Of a stretch of DNA of 64,000 nt, positions 1 through 9,530 are shown one piece after another. A program made the translations under genes and the position numbers. The notes under the pieces were generated by a model. It saw only the letters and a list, made by a program, of their open reading frames with translations, ran no database searches and was not told the origin of the DNA. Each line of letters begins with the position of its first letter. Positions within the stretch are counted from its first letter, which is position 1. Location of the stretch: NCBI GenBank assembly GCA_014238095.1, contig JABABT010000025.1, positions 39,460-103,459 on the forward strand, written 5' to 3'. Source of the DNA: Candidatus Aenigmatarchaeota archaeon. GTDB lineage: Archaea > Aenigmatarchaeota > Aenigmatarchaeia > CG10238-14 > SCSR01.

Positions 1-42
1 TTTATAAATTAAAATATTAAATTTTCTATAAAAATATTAAAA

Positions 43-240
43 TTACGTTTTAATAGAATTTTGAGTGTGTGAATTAAATTCTTCATATGTTGAATTTGAA
101 GTTATATTTTTATAATCTGTAATTTCATTTGTAATATCATTTATTTTTTGAGATTGAAGGAAAAATGAAACAGATAAAGTAAATATAGATATTATAATAA
201 TTAATGAAATTATAAAAGATTTTGAATCTTTAATTTTCAT
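43..240 (-). CDS. small hypothetical membrane/secreted protein (hydrophobic N-terminus)
   Basis: 65-aa ORF with an N-terminal hydrophobic segment. Nothing else supports it; position upstream of rpl29 is atypical. Confidence 0.25.
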   Translation of the reverse strand: MKIKDSKSFIISLIIIISIFTLSVSFFLQSQKINDITNEITDYKNITSNSTYEEFNSHTQNSIKT

Positions 241-311
241 AAACTAAATAGAATAATTATTTATTTAAACTAAAGAAAATCATTAATATATTAAGGGAAG
301 TATTTTTAAAA

Positions 312-536
312 ATGACAATAATTAGACCTAAACAATTAAGAGAAATGAATACAAATGATTTAATTTCAAAACTTTCTGATTTAAAATTAGAATTAATGAA
401 AGAAGTTGGTAATACTAGAATGGGTAAACCAACTAAAAATACAGGTAAAATTCATGAATTGAAAAGAGCTATAGCTAGAATAATAACAATTCAAAAAGAA
501 AAAAAGAAAAAAAATATTGGAGTAAAGAAAAAATAA
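312..536 (+). CDS. rpl29: 50S ribosomal protein L29 (uL29)
   Basis: 74 aa. L29-like helical pattern (KQLREM..LKLELMK..IHELKRAIARI). The stop overlaps the SUI1 start, giving a conserved archaeal gene order. Confidence 0.8.
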   Translation: MTIIRPKQLREMNTNDLISKLSDLKLELMKEVGNTRMGKPTKNTGKIHELKRAIARIITIQKEKKKKNIGVKKK

Positions 537-841
537 TGACTGCTGAAGAAGTATGTAAAATATGTGGTTTACCAAAACCATCACTTTGTGTCTGTATTCA
601 AATTGAAAAAACAGAACAAAAAATTAAAATTATTACTGAAAAAAGAAGATATCGTAAAATTACTACAATTGTAAAAGGTTGTAATAATGGAAAAAATGTT
701 TCTAAACAATTAAAATCAAAATTAGCTTGTGGTGGTACTTTTAAAAATGATGTAATTGAATTACAAGGTAATCATGTAGACGCTGTTAAAGAAATTTTAA
801 TTAAATTAGGTTATCCAAATAGTCAAATTGAAATTGAATAA
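536..841 (+). CDS. translation initiation factor SUI1 (aIF1)
   Basis: 101 aa with an N-terminal Cys cluster and a SUI1 core (KITTIVKG..LKSKLACGGTFKNDVIELQGNH). It sits between L29 and Rpp29 as in many archaea. Confidence 0.8.
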   Translation: MTAEEVCKICGLPKPSLCVCIQIEKTEQKIKIITEKRRYRKITTIVKGCNNGKNVSKQLKSKLACGGTFKNDVIELQGNHVDAVKEILIKLGYPNSQIEIE

Positions 842-1218
842 AAATTATTTAATAAATTGAACTTTTTTTCTTTCTTCATATATTTTTTTCAATTATTTTT
901 TTGAAGTTGAAGTATCAAATTTACAAGTATATGTATTAATTAAGTTTTTTCTAAATGATAAATGTTGAGAGTCAGTAAAAATATATTCAATATTTTTATT
1001 TTCTAATTTTTTTGGTTTTTTTTATTAGATGGATTTTGTAATTTAAATAGTTTTTTATTTGTTTTTTCATTTTTTAATTTCTTATATAAAATACGTTGTT
1101 GATTTAAATGTTTTTTTTTCATTTAATGGTTTCATTCCAATTTTTTCAATATATTCTTTTATTTCCATAAATAAACAAATGATATGAAGATATTTAAAAT
1201 TATTAAACAATTTTTAAT

Positions 1219-1497
1219 ATGTCAATAACTCCTAAAAATCTTGTTAAACATGAATTAATTGGACTTGAAGTTAAAATTATTGAATCAAAAAATTCTCTTA
1301 ATGAAATAAGTGGTAGAGTTGTTGATGAAACTTATAGTACGTTTATTATTGATATAAAAGGAAAGGATAAAGTTATGATTAAGAAAGATTGTATTTTTTT
1401 ATTTATATTACCAGACAAAAAAAAAGTACAGGTAAATGGAAAAGTAATTATTGGCCGTCCAGAAGATAGAATAAAGAAAAAAAATGTGAAATGGTGA
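1219..1497 (+). CDS. rnp1: RNase P protein component 1 (Rpp29/Pop4)
   Basis: 92 aa with a HELIGLEVKII..SGRVVDETYSTFII motif typical of Rpp29. Placement between L29/SUI1 and S17 is conserved in archaea. Confidence 0.65.
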   Translation: MSITPKNLVKHELIGLEVKIIESKNSLNEISGRVVDETYSTFIIDIKGKDKVMIKKDCIFLFILPDKKKVQVNGKVIIGRPEDRIKKKNVKW

Positions 1498-1645
1498 ATT
1501 TTTTATATTAAAAATCAATTTTATACTAATTTAATAAAAATTATTAATTTTTAAATTTTGTATTAAAAATAACTAATTTTTATATTTAGACACAAAGCCT
1601 ATCGACTCAAAATCTTTTTAAACATACTTTTCAAATGAAATATCT

Positions 1646-1987
1646 ATGAATAACAATGCAAGATATATAGGAATTGATGTTAATAAACCAAAAGAAGATT
1701 GTGAAGATAAAAAATGTCCATTTCATGGTAAATTACCTGTTAGAGGAAATATAATTAAAGGGAAGGTTATATCTTCTAAATCCCAAAAAACAGTTGTAAT
1801 TGAAAAAGATTACACTCAATGGATTCCAAAATATCAAAGATATGAAAGAAGGCATTCTAGAATATCTGCATATAATCCAAATTGTATAGCAGCGAAAGAA
1901 GGAGATTTAGCTATTATAGCCGAATGTAGACCTTTGAGTAAAACAAAATCTTTTGTTGTTATTGAAAAAACAAGTAAAGGTGAATAA
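1646..1987 (+). CDS. rps17: 30S ribosomal protein S17 (uS17)
   Basis: 113 aa with a GKVISSKSQKTVVIE OB-fold motif. It is adjacent to rpl14. Confidence 0.85.
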   Translation: MNNNARYIGIDVNKPKEDCEDKKCPFHGKLPVRGNIIKGKVISSKSQKTVVIEKDYTQWIPKYQRYERRHSRISAYNPNCIAAKEGDLAIIAECRPLSKTKSFVVIEKTSKGE

Positions 1988-1990
1988 AAA

Positions 1991-2389
1991 ATGAAAGCAA
2001 TTAAAGCAAGAATAAATAAATCATTAAATGTTGGATCAAGAATTAATTGTGCAGATAATACTGGTGCAAAAATAATTGAAATTATTTCAGTTGGAGGTTA
2101 TCATGGAGTTAAAAATAGACAACCTTTAGCTGGTGTTGCTTCTAAAATTAGAGTTACTGTTAAGGAAGGTAATGCAAAATCAAGACATCAAATGTTTGAT
2201 GCAGTTATTATAAGACAAAAACAAGAATATAGGAGAAAAAATGGAACAAGAGTTTCTTTTGAAGATAATGCTGCTATTATTACTGATGAAACTGGATCCC
2301 CAAAAGGAACTGAAATTAAAGGACCAGTTGCAAAAGAAGCAATTGAAAGATTTTCTACAATAGGAAAAATATCTACAATAATTGTGTGA
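1991..2389 (+). CDS. rpl14: 50S ribosomal protein L14 (uL14)
   Basis: 132 aa carrying the CADNTGAK hallmark. Confidence 0.9.
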   Translation: MKAIKARINKSLNVGSRINCADNTGAKIIEIISVGGYHGVKNRQPLAGVASKIRVTVKEGNAKSRHQMFDAVIIRQKQEYRRKNGTRVSFEDNAAIITDETGSPKGTEIKGPVAKEAIERFSTIGKISTIIV

Positions 2390-2781
2390 TAAAAATGATG
2401 TGTGCTCATTTATCAAAAGAATTAAGAAACCAATATAATAGAAGATCAATTGGTGTTAGAAAAGGAGATGAAGTTAAAATAATGCGTGGAAAATTTAAAG
2501 GAAAAACTGCAACAATTGAAGAAATTAATAATAAAAAAGGTAATATATTCTTATCCGGAATTAAATTAAAAAAAACAGTAGGAACAGAAAAACAAGTCCC
2601 AATAAAATCAATTAATGTTGTTGTTATAAATATGAATTTAAATGATAAAAAAAGGAGAGATATACTTTTAAGAAAAGTTAAAGAAGTAAAAATACCTATT
2701 AAAAAAACTGAGCAAATAAAACCAAAAATAGAAAAAAATGAAATTAAAGAACCAAAAGTTCAAAAATCTCCATCTAAATAA
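2386..2781 (+). CDS. rpl24: 50S ribosomal protein L24 (uL24), KOW domain, Lys-rich C-terminal extension
   Basis: KGDEVKIMRGKFKGKT KOW motif. A 4-nt overlap with rpl14 indicates translational coupling. Confidence 0.85.
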   Translation: MIKMMCAHLSKELRNQYNRRSIGVRKGDEVKIMRGKFKGKTATIEEINNKKGNIFLSGIKLKKTVGTEKQVPIKSINVVVINMNLNDKKRRDILLRKVKEVKIPIKKTEQIKPKIEKNEIKEPKVQKSPSK

Positions 2782-2787
2782 TAAAAT

Positions 2788-3495
2788 GTGATACAAATGC
2801 ACTTAAAAAGAATAAAAGCACCAAAATTTTGGAAAATTCCAAGAAAAGAATTAACTTGGACTGTATCTACAAGACCAGGTCCTCATAAAAAACTCGAATC
2901 AATTCCTTTACAAATTTTAATTAGAGATATATTAAATATAGTTGATATAGCAAAAGATGTAAGAAAGATTGTAAATAAAGAAAATATTTTAATTGATGGT
3001 AAAATAAGAAAAGATTATGCTTATGGTGTTGGATTATTTGATGTTATATCAATTCCGAAATTGAAGAAGAATTATAGAGTAGTTCCAACATCTAAATTTA
3101 GAAGTGTTATTGAAATTTCTGATCAAGAATCAAAGAAGAAAATTTGTAAAATAATTAATAAAACAACAATTCAAAATGGAAAAACACAATTAAATTTACA
3201 TGATGGAAAAAATATTTTAATAGATGATAAAAAATACAAAACTGGAGATACAATAATAATTGAAATTCCTTCAATGAAAATTATTGATCATATTCCTTTA
3301 GAAAAAGGTGTAGTTGGTATAATTACAAAAGGAAATCAGGCTGGTCTAATTGGAACATTAAAAGAAATTAAAAAAGCGAGTTCACGTGAAGCTGCAAATG
3401 TTATTTGTGAATTTGATGGAAATAAACAAACTATATTGAAAGATAGATTTTTTGTTGTTGGTAAAACAAAACCAGTAATAAAAATAGGTGAATAA
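2788..3495 (+). CDS. rps4e: 30S ribosomal protein S4e (eS4)
   Basis: MHLKRI.APK.WKIPRKE..W.V...PGPH N-terminus typical of S4e. Confidence 0.85.
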   Translation: MIQMHLKRIKAPKFWKIPRKELTWTVSTRPGPHKKLESIPLQILIRDILNIVDIAKDVRKIVNKENILIDGKIRKDYAYGVGLFDVISIPKLKKNYRVVPTSKFRSVIEISDQESKKKICKIINKTTIQNGKTQLNLHDGKNILIDDKKYKTGDTIIIEIPSMKIIDHIPLEKGVVGIITKGNQAGLIGTLKEIKKASSREAANVICEFDGNKQTILKDRFFVVGKTKPVIKIGE

Positions 3496-4018
3496 AATGG
3501 AAAATGAAATGAAAAAATCTAAAATGAAAGAAATAAAAATAGATAAAGTGACTCTAAATATTGGATGTGGTGATGATAAACAAAAAATTGAAAGATCAAA
3601 AAAACTTTTAGAAATTTTAACAAATCTTAAACCAGTTATTACAAGATCAAAAAGAAGGAGTACTTTTAATGTTCCAAAAGGTAGACCTCTTGGAGTAAAA
3701 ATAACTTTAAGAAATAATGAAGCTGAAGAATTTTTAAAGAAATCTATTGGTGCTGTAGAGAACATACTTAGAAAAGGTCAGATAGATATTGATGGAAATA
3801 TAAATATTGGTATAAAAGAGTATATTGAAATCCCAGGAATTAAATATTCTCATGATGTTGGATTAATGGGTATTGGAGTTTCTGCATCTTTAATTAGAGC
3901 AGGATTCAGAATTAAAAAAAGAAGGATACAACAAAGACTAATAAATAAGAATCATAAATTAAATAAAGAGGAAGTATGTGAATGGCTTATTCAAAAATTT
4001 GGTGTAAAAATTGTCTGA
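3488..4018 (+). CDS. rpl5: 50S ribosomal protein L5 (uL5)
   Basis: KIDKVTLNIGCG and following L5 motifs. Overlaps rps4e by 8 nt. Confidence 0.85.
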   Translation: MNKMENEMKKSKMKEIKIDKVTLNIGCGDDKQKIERSKKLLEILTNLKPVITRSKRRSTFNVPKGRPLGVKITLRNNEAEEFLKKSIGAVENILRKGQIDIDGNINIGIKEYIEIPGIKYSHDVGLMGIGVSASLIRAGFRIKKRRIQQRLINKNHKLNKEEVCEWLIQKFGVKIV

Positions 4019-4197
4019 AGATGAAACAATAATAGAAATAACATCTAAATTATCTGGAGTAATATTAGCAAAGGCAGAACTCCATGGTAATTATAAAGAT
4101 GTTTATAATATGGTTTTGGAGAGAATGTATAAAATGATGGAGTTGAACACAGATGAATTTCTTACAGTACTTGGAAATATTGGTAGTTAAATTTTAG

Positions 4198-4350
4198 GTG
4201 ATATTTATTTCAAAAAAATTTGGTAAAGCAACAAAAATTTGTAGAAGATGTTTAAACCATAGTGGTGTGATAACTAGTTATGGTATTAATTATTGTAGAA
4301 GATGTTTTAGATTAGTTGCTAATAGCATAGGCTTTAAGAAATATAGATAA
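4198..4350 (+). CDS. rps14: 30S ribosomal protein S14 type Z (uS14), zinc-binding
   Basis: 50 aa with a hand-derived GTG start at 4198, preceded by a GGTGA SD-like motif. Sequence: KKFGKATKICRRCLNHSGVITSYGINYCRRCFRLVANSIGFKKYR, with CxxC..CxxC. It is absent from the ORF track, which is ATG-only and has a 60-aa cutoff. Confidence 0.75.
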   Translation: MIFISKKFGKATKICRRCLNHSGVITSYGINYCRRCFRLVANSIGFKKYR

Positions 4351-4363
4351 CTATTTTTATTAA

Positions 4364-5236
4364 ATGTTAGATCAAATAATTTTCTTAACAGCATTAATAG
4401 GTTCTATAATAGCTTCAATTTACGATTTGAAAACTACAGAAGTTCCTGACAAAGTATTTTATGCTATAATGATTGTAGGAATACCAGCAGTTATTTTAAA
4501 AGCAATTATTACTGGTAATTATAATTTATTTTTCATATCTGGAATAACTGGAATAGGATTATTTGCATTTGGTTATATTCTTTATAAAAAAGGTCAATGG
4601 GGAGGTGCTGATATGGTTTTACTTGGATTAATGGGTTATTTAATTCCATCAATTGGTATAGGTGTTTTTGGAAATTTTGTTACAACATTATTACCAATTG
4701 GTATAAGTTTCTTATTTAATGTTTTCATGTTAGGAGCAGTTTATATGTTATTTTATGTTGTTATTATTGTTTTAAGGAATAAAAAATTATTAATCAAATG
4801 TATATCTGAAATAAAAAATTCTTCCAATATATTTTATTCTTTAATTATTTCTACTTCTATTTTATTTTCAGGTATAATTTTATATTTAAATTATTTTGTT
4901 AATGTTTTAAACATTTATGAAATTATTAAAGGTATTTTACTTCCAGTTTTTATAACTTCTTTTCTTTTCTTATTATATAAATTTGCTAAAAGTGTTGAAG
5001 ATTTTGGTTTCAAAAGAAAAATACCAATTTCTAAATTATGTGTAGGTGATATGCTTCTTGACGAAAAAAAAATAGTTGGAATAACTGAAAAACAATTAAA
5101 TAAAATAAAAAATTCTGGAAGAAAAACAATTTGGATTAAAGATGGTATAAGATTTATTCCAGCATTTCCAATAGCGTTTCTATTTACATTATATTTTGGA
5201 GATTCATTATTTATAATAAATTATTTAATTGGATAA
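4364..5236 (+). CDS. A24-family prepilin/preflagellin peptidase-like membrane protein
   Basis: Polytopic membrane protein. It has YDLKTTEVPD in TM1 and QWGGADMVLLGLMG (GGxD) matching the two catalytic-Asp motifs of FlaK/PibD-type aspartyl peptidases. Confidence 0.6.
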   Translation: MLDQIIFLTALIGSIIASIYDLKTTEVPDKVFYAIMIVGIPAVILKAIITGNYNLFFISGITGIGLFAFGYILYKKGQWGGADMVLLGLMGYLIPSIGIGVFGNFVTTLLPIGISFLFNVFMLGAVYMLFYVVIIVLRNKKLLIKCISEIKNSSNIFYSLIISTSILFSGIILYLNYFVNVLNIYEIIKGILLPVFITSFLFLLYKFAKSVEDFGFKRKIPISKLCVGDMLLDEKKIVGITEKQLNKIKNSGRKTIWIKDGIRFIPAFPIAFLFTLYFGDSLFIINYLIG

Positions 5237-5260
5237 TATTATTTTTTAAATTAAATATGA

Positions 5261-6547
5261 TTAATTATTTTTTTTCAAATATTTTATACCATTCATATAA
5301 GGAATAAGTTTATTTGGTATTTTTACACTACCATCTTTTTGTTGATTTTGTTCTAAAATAGCAACCATTATTCTACTTGTAGCAATAGAAGTATTATTCA
5401 AAGTATGTAAAAATCCAATTGATTTTTGACCTTGTTTTTCTTTATATTTTATATTCAATCTTCTAGATTGATAATCAGTAACATTAGAATTAGAAGAAAC
5501 TTCTCTAAAAGTATTATCAGCCATCCAACATTCTATATCAATTGATTTTGCTGCTTTTACTCCAATATCACCAGTACATAATTCCATAACTCTATAATAC
5601 AAACCTAAATTATTATAAATTTCTTCTGTATTCTGTTGTAATTTTTCAAACCATTCATAAGAATTTTCTGGTTTACAAAAAATAAATTGTTCAATTTTAT
5701 TAAATTGATGCATTCTGAAAAGTCCTTTTGTATATTTTCCATGAGAACCAACTTCTTTTCTAAAACATGGACTTATACCAGCAAACATAATTGGAAGTTC
5801 ATCAATTGTTAAATTTTTATCTTTCATCATTGCTACAATTGAATGTTCTGAAGTACCAATTAAAAATAAATCTTCTCCATTTATTTTGTAAATTTGTTCT
5901 TTAAAATCATCCATATCTATAGCACCCATAATTGAATCTGAATTTAACATTAATGGAGGTTCAACAATAGTAAAATTCTTTTTTAATAAATAATCTAATG
6001 CAAATTTTTGTAATGCAATATCAAGTAATACAATATCACCTTTTAAATAAAAAAATGCATGACCTGCTGCTTTTGCACCAGATTCAGAATCAATCATATT
6101 CAAATCTTTTAATATTTCAAAATGATCTTTTGGTTTAAAATCAAATTCAGGTTTTTTACCAATTATTTTTATCTCTTTATTTTGTGATTCATCTTTACCA
6201 TCTGGAACAGAATCATGTAAAAGATTTGGTAATTTCATTAAAATATTTTTTACATTTTCTTGAATTTTTTTTGTTTCTTTTTCTAAAATATCCAATTCTT
6301 TTGGAATTTTAATAGCTTGTTTCATTAAATTATCTATATTTTTTCCTTCTTTTTTTTGTTTTGATATTTCCATACTAATTTTATTTCTTTCAAATCTTAA
6401 TTTAGTTGTTTCTTCTAATTTTTCTCTCCATTTCTTATCTAATAAAATAACTTCATTTAACATTTTTATATTTTCTGTATTATTTCGTCTTTTTAGATTT
6501 TTTTCTACTATATCTAAAGAATCTCGTATTAATTTTATATCAAGCAT
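5261..6547 (-). CDS. serS: seryl-tRNA synthetase
   Basis: 428 aa with an MLDIKLIRD N-terminus, a coiled-coil arm, and class II motifs in the C-terminal half. Confidence 0.85.
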   Translation of the reverse strand: MLDIKLIRDSLDIVEKNLKRRNNTENIKMLNEVILLDKKWREKLEETTKLRFERNKISMEISKQKKEGKNIDNLMKQAIKIPKELDILEKETKKIQENVKNILMKLPNLLHDSVPDGKDESQNKEIKIIGKKPEFDFKPKDHFEILKDLNMIDSESGAKAAGHAFFYLKGDIVLLDIALQKFALDYLLKKNFTIVEPPLMLNSDSIMGAIDMDDFKEQIYKINGEDLFLIGTSEHSIVAMMKDKNLTIDELPIMFAGISPCFRKEVGSHGKYTKGLFRMHQFNKIEQFIFCKPENSYEWFEKLQQNTEEIYNNLGLYYRVMELCTGDIGVKAAKSIDIECWMADNTFREVSSNSNVTDYQSRRLNIKYKEKQGQKSIGFLHTLNNTSIATSRIMVAILEQNQQKDGSVKIPNKLIPYMNGIKYLKKNN

Positions 6548-6574
6548 AAAATAAATTTAATTTCTAATTATAAA

Positions 6575-7657
6575 TTATCTAGTTATTTTAGATTTTTTTT
6601 GAATATCATAAATTTCCTTTGCTTTTGTATTATTCTCGAAATGTTTTCTTATAGGCTCAATTATTTTTGAAATATTAATTGATGTTGAATTCTTCAAATC
6701 TATTGGATGAAGTTTTCCAGAAATAAAATCATTTTCCATTTCATTATAATACTTATAAAAAATGTCTCCACCAAATTTGTTATCTCTTTCTATTTTTACT
6801 TCTTTTATTTTATTGAAAATTATATATTTATTATATTCTAATATGGGATTATTTTTTACAATTTTTTCTGGACAAAATGCTTTAGATATTTTTTTACTTA
6901 TTTCAATTTCAGTATCATGTACAAATATAGCATTATTTGGTTTACTTTTTGACATTTTAGAACTAACTTCTTCGTCAATTATTTGATTTTCATCATAACC
7001 TTCTGCTACTTTCACACCTTCAAGTCCCATTAACATATGATGATTAGCCATTACTGGTTTTTTCCAATTCATTTTTTCAGCAACTTCACGTGCAAGTATA
7101 CATGCTCTTCTTTGATCTAATCCAAGTTGTGTTAAATCAATATCTAATTCAAAAATATCAGCAACTTGCATTATTGGATAAAATAATTGAGAAATTTCTT
7201 TCATTTCTCCTTTCTTTCTACCCATAATTGATATAGCTCTTTCAGCTCTTTTCATTGATGTTATTTTTCCAATCTGAATAACTTTTTTCCAATAATCTGG
7301 ATTTTTTACAAAATCACTTGACCAATGTATATTTACATCTTTTACACCAAATGCTTTCCAGACTTCAATTAAATATTTTCCTGAATTTTGAATATTTTCT
7401 AAATCACTATCTAATTTATTATTAATCCAAGCATGCCAATCTGCAATAAGAATATTAAAATTTACTCCAATTTTTTGCAATTTTTCTATATTAATTGCAC
7501 GTAATATACCAGAACCAATATGTGCCATTCCACTTGGTTCAAATCCATCATAAATATTTATATTTTTTTTACTTTGTAAAAGTGTTATTAATTCAGATTC
7601 TGTTACAATTTCTTCAGCAACATTATTTATAATTTTTAACATTTCTTCAATTTTCAT
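6575..7657 (-). CDS. tyrS: tyrosyl-tRNA synthetase (archaeal type)
   Basis: YDGFEPSGMAHIGS (HIGH-class), YPIMQVADI, KMSKS. The C-terminus (KFGGDI..LHPIDLK..IEPIRK) aligns with archaeal TyrRS rather than TrpRS. Confidence 0.75.
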   Translation of the reverse strand: MKIEEMLKIINNVAEEIVTESELITLLQSKKNINIYDGFEPSGMAHIGSGILRAINIEKLQKIGVNFNILIADWHAWINNKLDSDLENIQNSGKYLIEVWKAFGVKDVNIHWSSDFVKNPDYWKKVIQIGKITSMKRAERAISIMGRKKGEMKEISQLFYPIMQVADIFELDIDLTQLGLDQRRACILAREVAEKMNWKKPVMANHHMLMGLEGVKVAEGYDENQIIDEEVSSKMSKSKPNNAIFVHDTEIEISKKISKAFCPEKIVKNNPILEYNKYIIFNKIKEVKIERDNKFGGDIFYKYYNEMENDFISGKLHPIDLKNSTSINISKIIEPIRKHFENNTKAKEIYDIQKKSKITR

Positions 7658-7743
7658 AATAATATATTAAATCAAGTTTTTTTATTAGTTATGGTAATTT
7701 TCCTAAGATATATTAATATACTAATTCAATTTTATTATTAGTT

Positions 7744-7974
7744 ATGATAGAGAAAAATAAAGATTTAAAAAAATTAGAAGATGATATATCAGGTAATCAG
7801 GAGAAAAGTGAAGCTTATTTTGAAGAAAAGGCTAGAGAGGTTACAGAATCTCCTTTTGAAAGGGAGACTGGACTTGGAATTGAAGAAGAACAAGAAAAAG
7901 GTCAAGAACCTAATCAAGAAATAGAAAAAGCTATGAAAGATCCTGATGAAGAGGATAATGAAGATAAACTTTGA
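7744..7974 (+). CDS. small acidic (E/D-rich) hypothetical protein
   Basis: 76-aa low-complexity acidic ORF in an intergenic position. Not verifiable from sequence alone. Confidence 0.3.
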   Translation: MIEKNKDLKKLEDDISGNQEKSEAYFEEKAREVTESPFERETGLGIEEEQEKGQEPNQEIEKAMKDPDEEDNEDKL

Positions 7975-8003
7975 TATATTTTTTATAAAATGAGTGTTTA
8001 ATA

Positions 8004-9293
8004 ATGACTAGATTAGATTTTTTAGGAGCTATAAATGAAATAGGTTCTAGTTCAATATTGGTTGATAGTGGAAAAAGTAAATTTATATTAGATTTTGGTG
8101 GAAATACAAATACTACTCCATCAACACCACCTATACAACCAAAAGAAAAAGTTGATGCTGTTTTTTTATCCCATGCACATTTCGATCATTGTGGAAGTTT
8201 GCCACTTATAACAAAACCTAATCCTGGAATTCCTGTTTATTCAGCTCCATGTACTCCAGAATTAACTGAAATGCTTCTTTATGATTCTGTAAAAATTAAT
8301 ATTCAAGAAATGGGAAATATTAAAGGTGATAATTTTTCATTACCTTTCACAAATGAAGATGTTATACAAACATTGAGGAGATTTAAAAGAGTAGAATATA
8401 GGAAACCTTTCAATTTTAAAGATTCTAAAGTTAATTTTTTTGATGCTGGTCATATACCAGGGAGTTCAATGATTCATTTTGATTATGGAGCAGATAAAAA
8501 GAAAATTCTTTACACTGGAGATTTTCAATCAATTGATTCTAGACTTTTAAAAAAATTTGATGATAATGTGCCTAATACAGAAATATTAATAACAGAATCT
8601 ACTTACAGTGATAAAGATCATCCAAGTAGAGAGTCACAAGAAAAAGAATTAATTGACATAGTAACAACTACAATAGAAAGTGGGGGTATTGCAATGATAC
8701 CATCTTTTGCTGTTGGAAGAGCTGCAGAATTATTACTTGTATTAGAACAACGAGGAATTGATTATCCTGTTTATATGGATGGTATGGCAAAAAAAGCAAC
8801 TACAATAATTAATAATAATAATACATTATTAAATGATAAAGATGGACTTAGTAATGTTATGAAAAAAGTAAAATTTGTAGCAGGTAATAAACATAGAAAT
8901 AAAATTATAAGAAATCCTTGTGCTATAATTACAACTTCTGGAATGATGGATGGTGGTCCAATAAATTTCTATATGAGCAGACTTTATAATGATGAATCTT
9001 CTTCAGTAACATTTACTGGGTGGCAAGCACCAAATAGTGTTGGAAAATCATTATTAGATAATGGAAGATATATTGGACAAGGAATGGATGTAGAATCAAA
9101 AGTTTTAGTTAAAAGATTAGATTTTTCTGCACATGTTGGAAGACAAGGAATACTTGATTTTATTAATAAAATAAATCCAGAAAAAATATTTTGTGTTCAT
9201 GGAGATGATACAATTAAATTTGCTAATGAATTAACTGGAAAGGGTTTCGAAGCGTATGGACCAAATAAAGATAAATCAAGTTTTACTATTTGA
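8004..9293 (+). CDS. metallo-beta-lactamase fold protein, probable beta-CASP ribonuclease (aCPSF2-like)
   Basis: HAHFDHCGSLP HxHxDH motif. Size 429 aa and a C-terminal His-containing segment are consistent with beta-CASP. Confidence 0.5.
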   Translation: MTRLDFLGAINEIGSSSILVDSGKSKFILDFGGNTNTTPSTPPIQPKEKVDAVFLSHAHFDHCGSLPLITKPNPGIPVYSAPCTPELTEMLLYDSVKINIQEMGNIKGDNFSLPFTNEDVIQTLRRFKRVEYRKPFNFKDSKVNFFDAGHIPGSSMIHFDYGADKKKILYTGDFQSIDSRLLKKFDDNVPNTEILITESTYSDKDHPSRESQEKELIDIVTTTIESGGIAMIPSFAVGRAAELLLVLEQRGIDYPVYMDGMAKKATTIINNNNTLLNDKDGLSNVMKKVKFVAGNKHRNKIIRNPCAIITTSGMMDGGPINFYMSRLYNDESSSVTFTGWQAPNSVGKSLLDNGRYIGQGMDVESKVLVKRLDFSAHVGRQGILDFINKINPEKIFCVHGDDTIKFANELTGKGFEAYGPNKDKSSFTI

Positions 9294-9530
9294 TTATTTA
9301 TTAAAAAATTATGTAAAAACATACAAAAAAATATTATTTTGAAATAAATTTTAATTAATGAATAAATTTATAAAATTTAAATATTTTTTATTTTATCAAT
9401 GATTAAAATATTATATAATTATTATATTTTATATTAAAATTTTGAAATTTAGTTTACTTTTAATACAGACATTTTTAATATAAAACCTATTACCAAAATA
9501 ATTTATTAATTACAATTATAATTATTATAA

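Noticed and set aside
393-584. Antisense ORFs opposite strongly supported genes (e.g. 393-584, 2180-2449, 2188-2409, 3382-3765, 6762-6986, 9857-10063, 11938-12222, 12841-13041, 14452-14634, 14926-15117, 15368-15694, 18299-18496, 26691-27008, 28102-28299, 28570-28755, 37304-37486, 38376-38705, 41141-41335, 42735-42962, 46395-46586, 47194-47403, 50700-50960, 57285-57794, 57909-58274, 59547-59759, 61504-62331, 62223-62432, 63045-63254)
   Set aside because: Each overlaps a longer gene with clear homology on the other strand. They have low-complexity F/L/I/S-rich translations typical of antisense AT-rich DNA.
841-1219. 380-nt AT-rich gap between SUI1 and rnp1 as a possible ncRNA (e.g. RNase P RNA) or minus-strand gene
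   Set aside because: The best minus-strand frame is ~29 codons. No conserved RNase P RNA or SRP motifs were recognisable. Treated as intergenic.
3982-4032. ATG-initiated frame overlapping the end of rpl5 (MAYSKIWCKNCLKMKQ)
   Set aside because: It is only 16 codons before a stop. An initial misreading of coordinates suggested a longer ORF; recounting showed it is not.
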